A DNA stretch of 64,000 nt from Octopus sinensis (lineage: Eukaryota), in contig NC_043018.1 of the NCBI RefSeq assembly GCF_006345805.1, positions 18,538,001 to 18,602,000 on the forward strand. Direction: 5' to 3'. The translations under genes and the position numbers were made by a program. The notes beneath the pieces are model-generated. The model was given only the letters and a program-made list of their open reading frames with translations. It had not been told where the DNA came from and ran no database searches. Below, piece by piece: positions 62,330 through 64,000 of this stretch (positions are counted from its first letter, which is position 1; each line of letters opens with the position of its first letter).

Positions 62330-62500
62330 CTACACCCTTGGAGTGGTTGGCGCTAGGAAGGGCATCCAGCTGTAGAAACTCTACCAGATCAAGACTGGAT
62401 CCTGGTGCAGCCATCTGGTTCGCCAGCCCTCAGTCAGGATCGTCCAACCCATGCTAGCATGGAAAGCGGATGTTAAACGATGATGATGATGATGATGATG
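62330..62500 (+). mobile_element. RTE LINE 3' end (family C)
   Basis: Diagnostic terminus and (GAT)n. Confidence 0.85.
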
Positions 62501-62640
62501 ACTATGCTACAGAACCTGACCTACTTTTACCTGTGCCACCCTGCATGTTCTCATCAACCTGTTGCTTTCAAACAATAAATATATTGATTCACAATTAGAA
62601 GAGTGCAATAAATAATATGACAGAAACATATTTTGTTTAA

Positions 62641-62955
62641 TACAGTTCTATATTTAAGAGATGAGGAATTAGGTACATTGTTTACATTTGATGGATATTT
62701 GTCCTCATCTTGTTTGTTGTTAACACGTTTTGTCTGATATACCCTCCAAACTTCTTCAGGTGTCTTGGGGAAATTTCAAACCTGGGTTCTCATTCTTGAG
62801 GTATCTTTCGATGTTGTTGTTATTATTATTATTATTATTATTCAGGTCACTTCCTGGAATCGAACTCGGAATCTTGGGGTTAGTAGCCTGAGCCCTTAAC
62901 CACTATGCCATATGCCCACAGGCATATGGCATAGTAGTTAAGAGCCAAGATTCTG
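62641..62955 (-). mobile_element. tRNA-headed hammerhead element (family E) with an inverted duplicated head
   Basis: Minus strand A box TGGCATAGTGG (62900-62910), intact B box GAGTTCGATTCC (62856-62867), (AAT)n, hammerhead 62722-62764, tail to 62641; head mirrored at 62920-62955. Confidence 0.8.
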
Positions 62956-63009
62956 AATTAATAACTAGTCAAGTGTTAACTAGTACCTCTGGTCATAAGC
63001 AAAACCGCA

Positions 63010-63267
63010 GTGGAGCTTTCTAAAACAGTGTTTCTAAAACTATTCACTTTAGAAGAAAACCCTGTTCATGGTGCAACACCCATGAGTCAGTTCAATCCCT
63101 CAAATTCTGAAAGCAATATGATTCATTTAGGTGAGATTTATAATGATTCCAGTTTGGTAAACGCAACAGAATGCACCAAATGCAATTTGATCTATGTTGG
63201 CTACACAACAAACAAATTAAACAGGAGATTTAACACTTTAGTGTTCACATTATTCTGCCAAAATTAA
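63010..63267 (+). mobile_element. Penelope-like GIY-YIG endonuclease remnant
   Basis: SLVNATECTKCNLIYVGYTTNKLNRRFN matches the NVIY.I.C.KC...YVG.T...L..RF..H PLE GIY-YIG motif. Confidence 0.75.
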
Positions 63268-63351
63268 TGCTTCTTCATCCACATTGCCTTGAACTAATCA
63301 GGCATTATCTTGTAGCTTTGAGATTTTGATGAGGTAGCTGTTAATTTTTCA

Positions 63352-63454
63352 AATAATATTGTAGGGTTGGTGTGAGAGACCTGATCTGGCCATTTTGAAC
63401 ATAAAACAGGTAGAATACTTTTGGCCGGATATGGCCGGTTTAAATGCTAAAGGG
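63352..63454 (-). mobile_element. piggyBac-type MITE, one end only
   Basis: ..CCGGATATGGCCGGTTTAAATGCTAAAGGG|TTAA; inverted relative to 63712. Confidence 0.8.
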
Positions 63455-63711
63455 TTAATGGACATATGTGTTGTGTCATGCATAATAAAGCTACAAGATG
63501 GAACTTGCTGAACATTTTTAGAAAACTTGAGGAACACCTGACAGTATGATTTCTTAGAAAATAATCCAATTCCACTGAACTTTCCATTCTCAGAACACAA
63601 GGAATGGTGTATCTGTGCATTGCAAGTGTCATACCTTGGAGGGATGATCAAATAACAGGAGGGTTCCATCAGATTATTACCAAACTTTTTGACAAAGTTT
63701 TATCTCCTTAA

Positions 63712-63930
63712 CCCTTTAGTATTTAAACCGGCCATATCCGGCCAAAATAGCTAATCTGTTTTATGTTCAAACTGACCAGATCCAGGCCCTCACACCTACC
63801 CTACAATGTTATTCTACATTAGGTAATTACACCATCAAGATCTTGAAGATATGAGATAATGCATGATTAATTCAAATCAATGGGAATCAATAAGCATTAT
63901 GTTTGATGGAATAATCTGAACACTAAAGGG
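63712..63930 (+). mobile_element. piggyBac-type MITE (second family), complete
   Basis: TTAA|CCCTTTAGTATTTAAAC ... GAACACTAAAGGG|TTAA; older copies at ~35600-35820 and ~48690-48780. Confidence 0.9.
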
Positions 63931-64000
63931 TTAATAATCTTTTTCTTGTTTTCTTCTGTTTTAACCTGTTACAAACAAACAAAACTTGATGCTTTTGTTT

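Overview
AT-rich, repeat-saturated animal DNA, most likely octopus (inferred from the tRNA-derived SINE families, the RTE/mariner/maT remnants and the extreme AT, AC, ATT, GAT and ACC microsatellite load; no database search was run). There is no intact transposase or reverse transcriptase, no rRNA, no true tRNA gene and no CRISPR array, and nearly all long ORFs in the track are microsatellite artefacts. Content: (i) several tRNA-headed SINE families, called A, B and CORE/OK-like here; (ii) many 5'-truncated RTE LINE 3' ends, plus decayed RTE, R4/Dong-like and Penelope-like (GIY-YIG) coding remnants; (iii) decayed mariner, Tc1 and DD37D/maT transposons, piggyBac- and hAT-type MITEs and several foldback palindromes; (iv) candidate host exons: a + strand gene starting MRGGSSGGAAAAVAHLIRQQKERRK at 31275, and a weaker chain of phase-compatible micro-exons on the - strand (23370 to 13391). 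The most striking signal is about 11 hammerhead-ribozyme motifs from at least five repeat families. They include a tRNA/Pol III-headed element carrying a hammerhead with 5' inversions, and a family whose catalytic core has a fixed A6U change. All structures were folded by eye and none has been tested.
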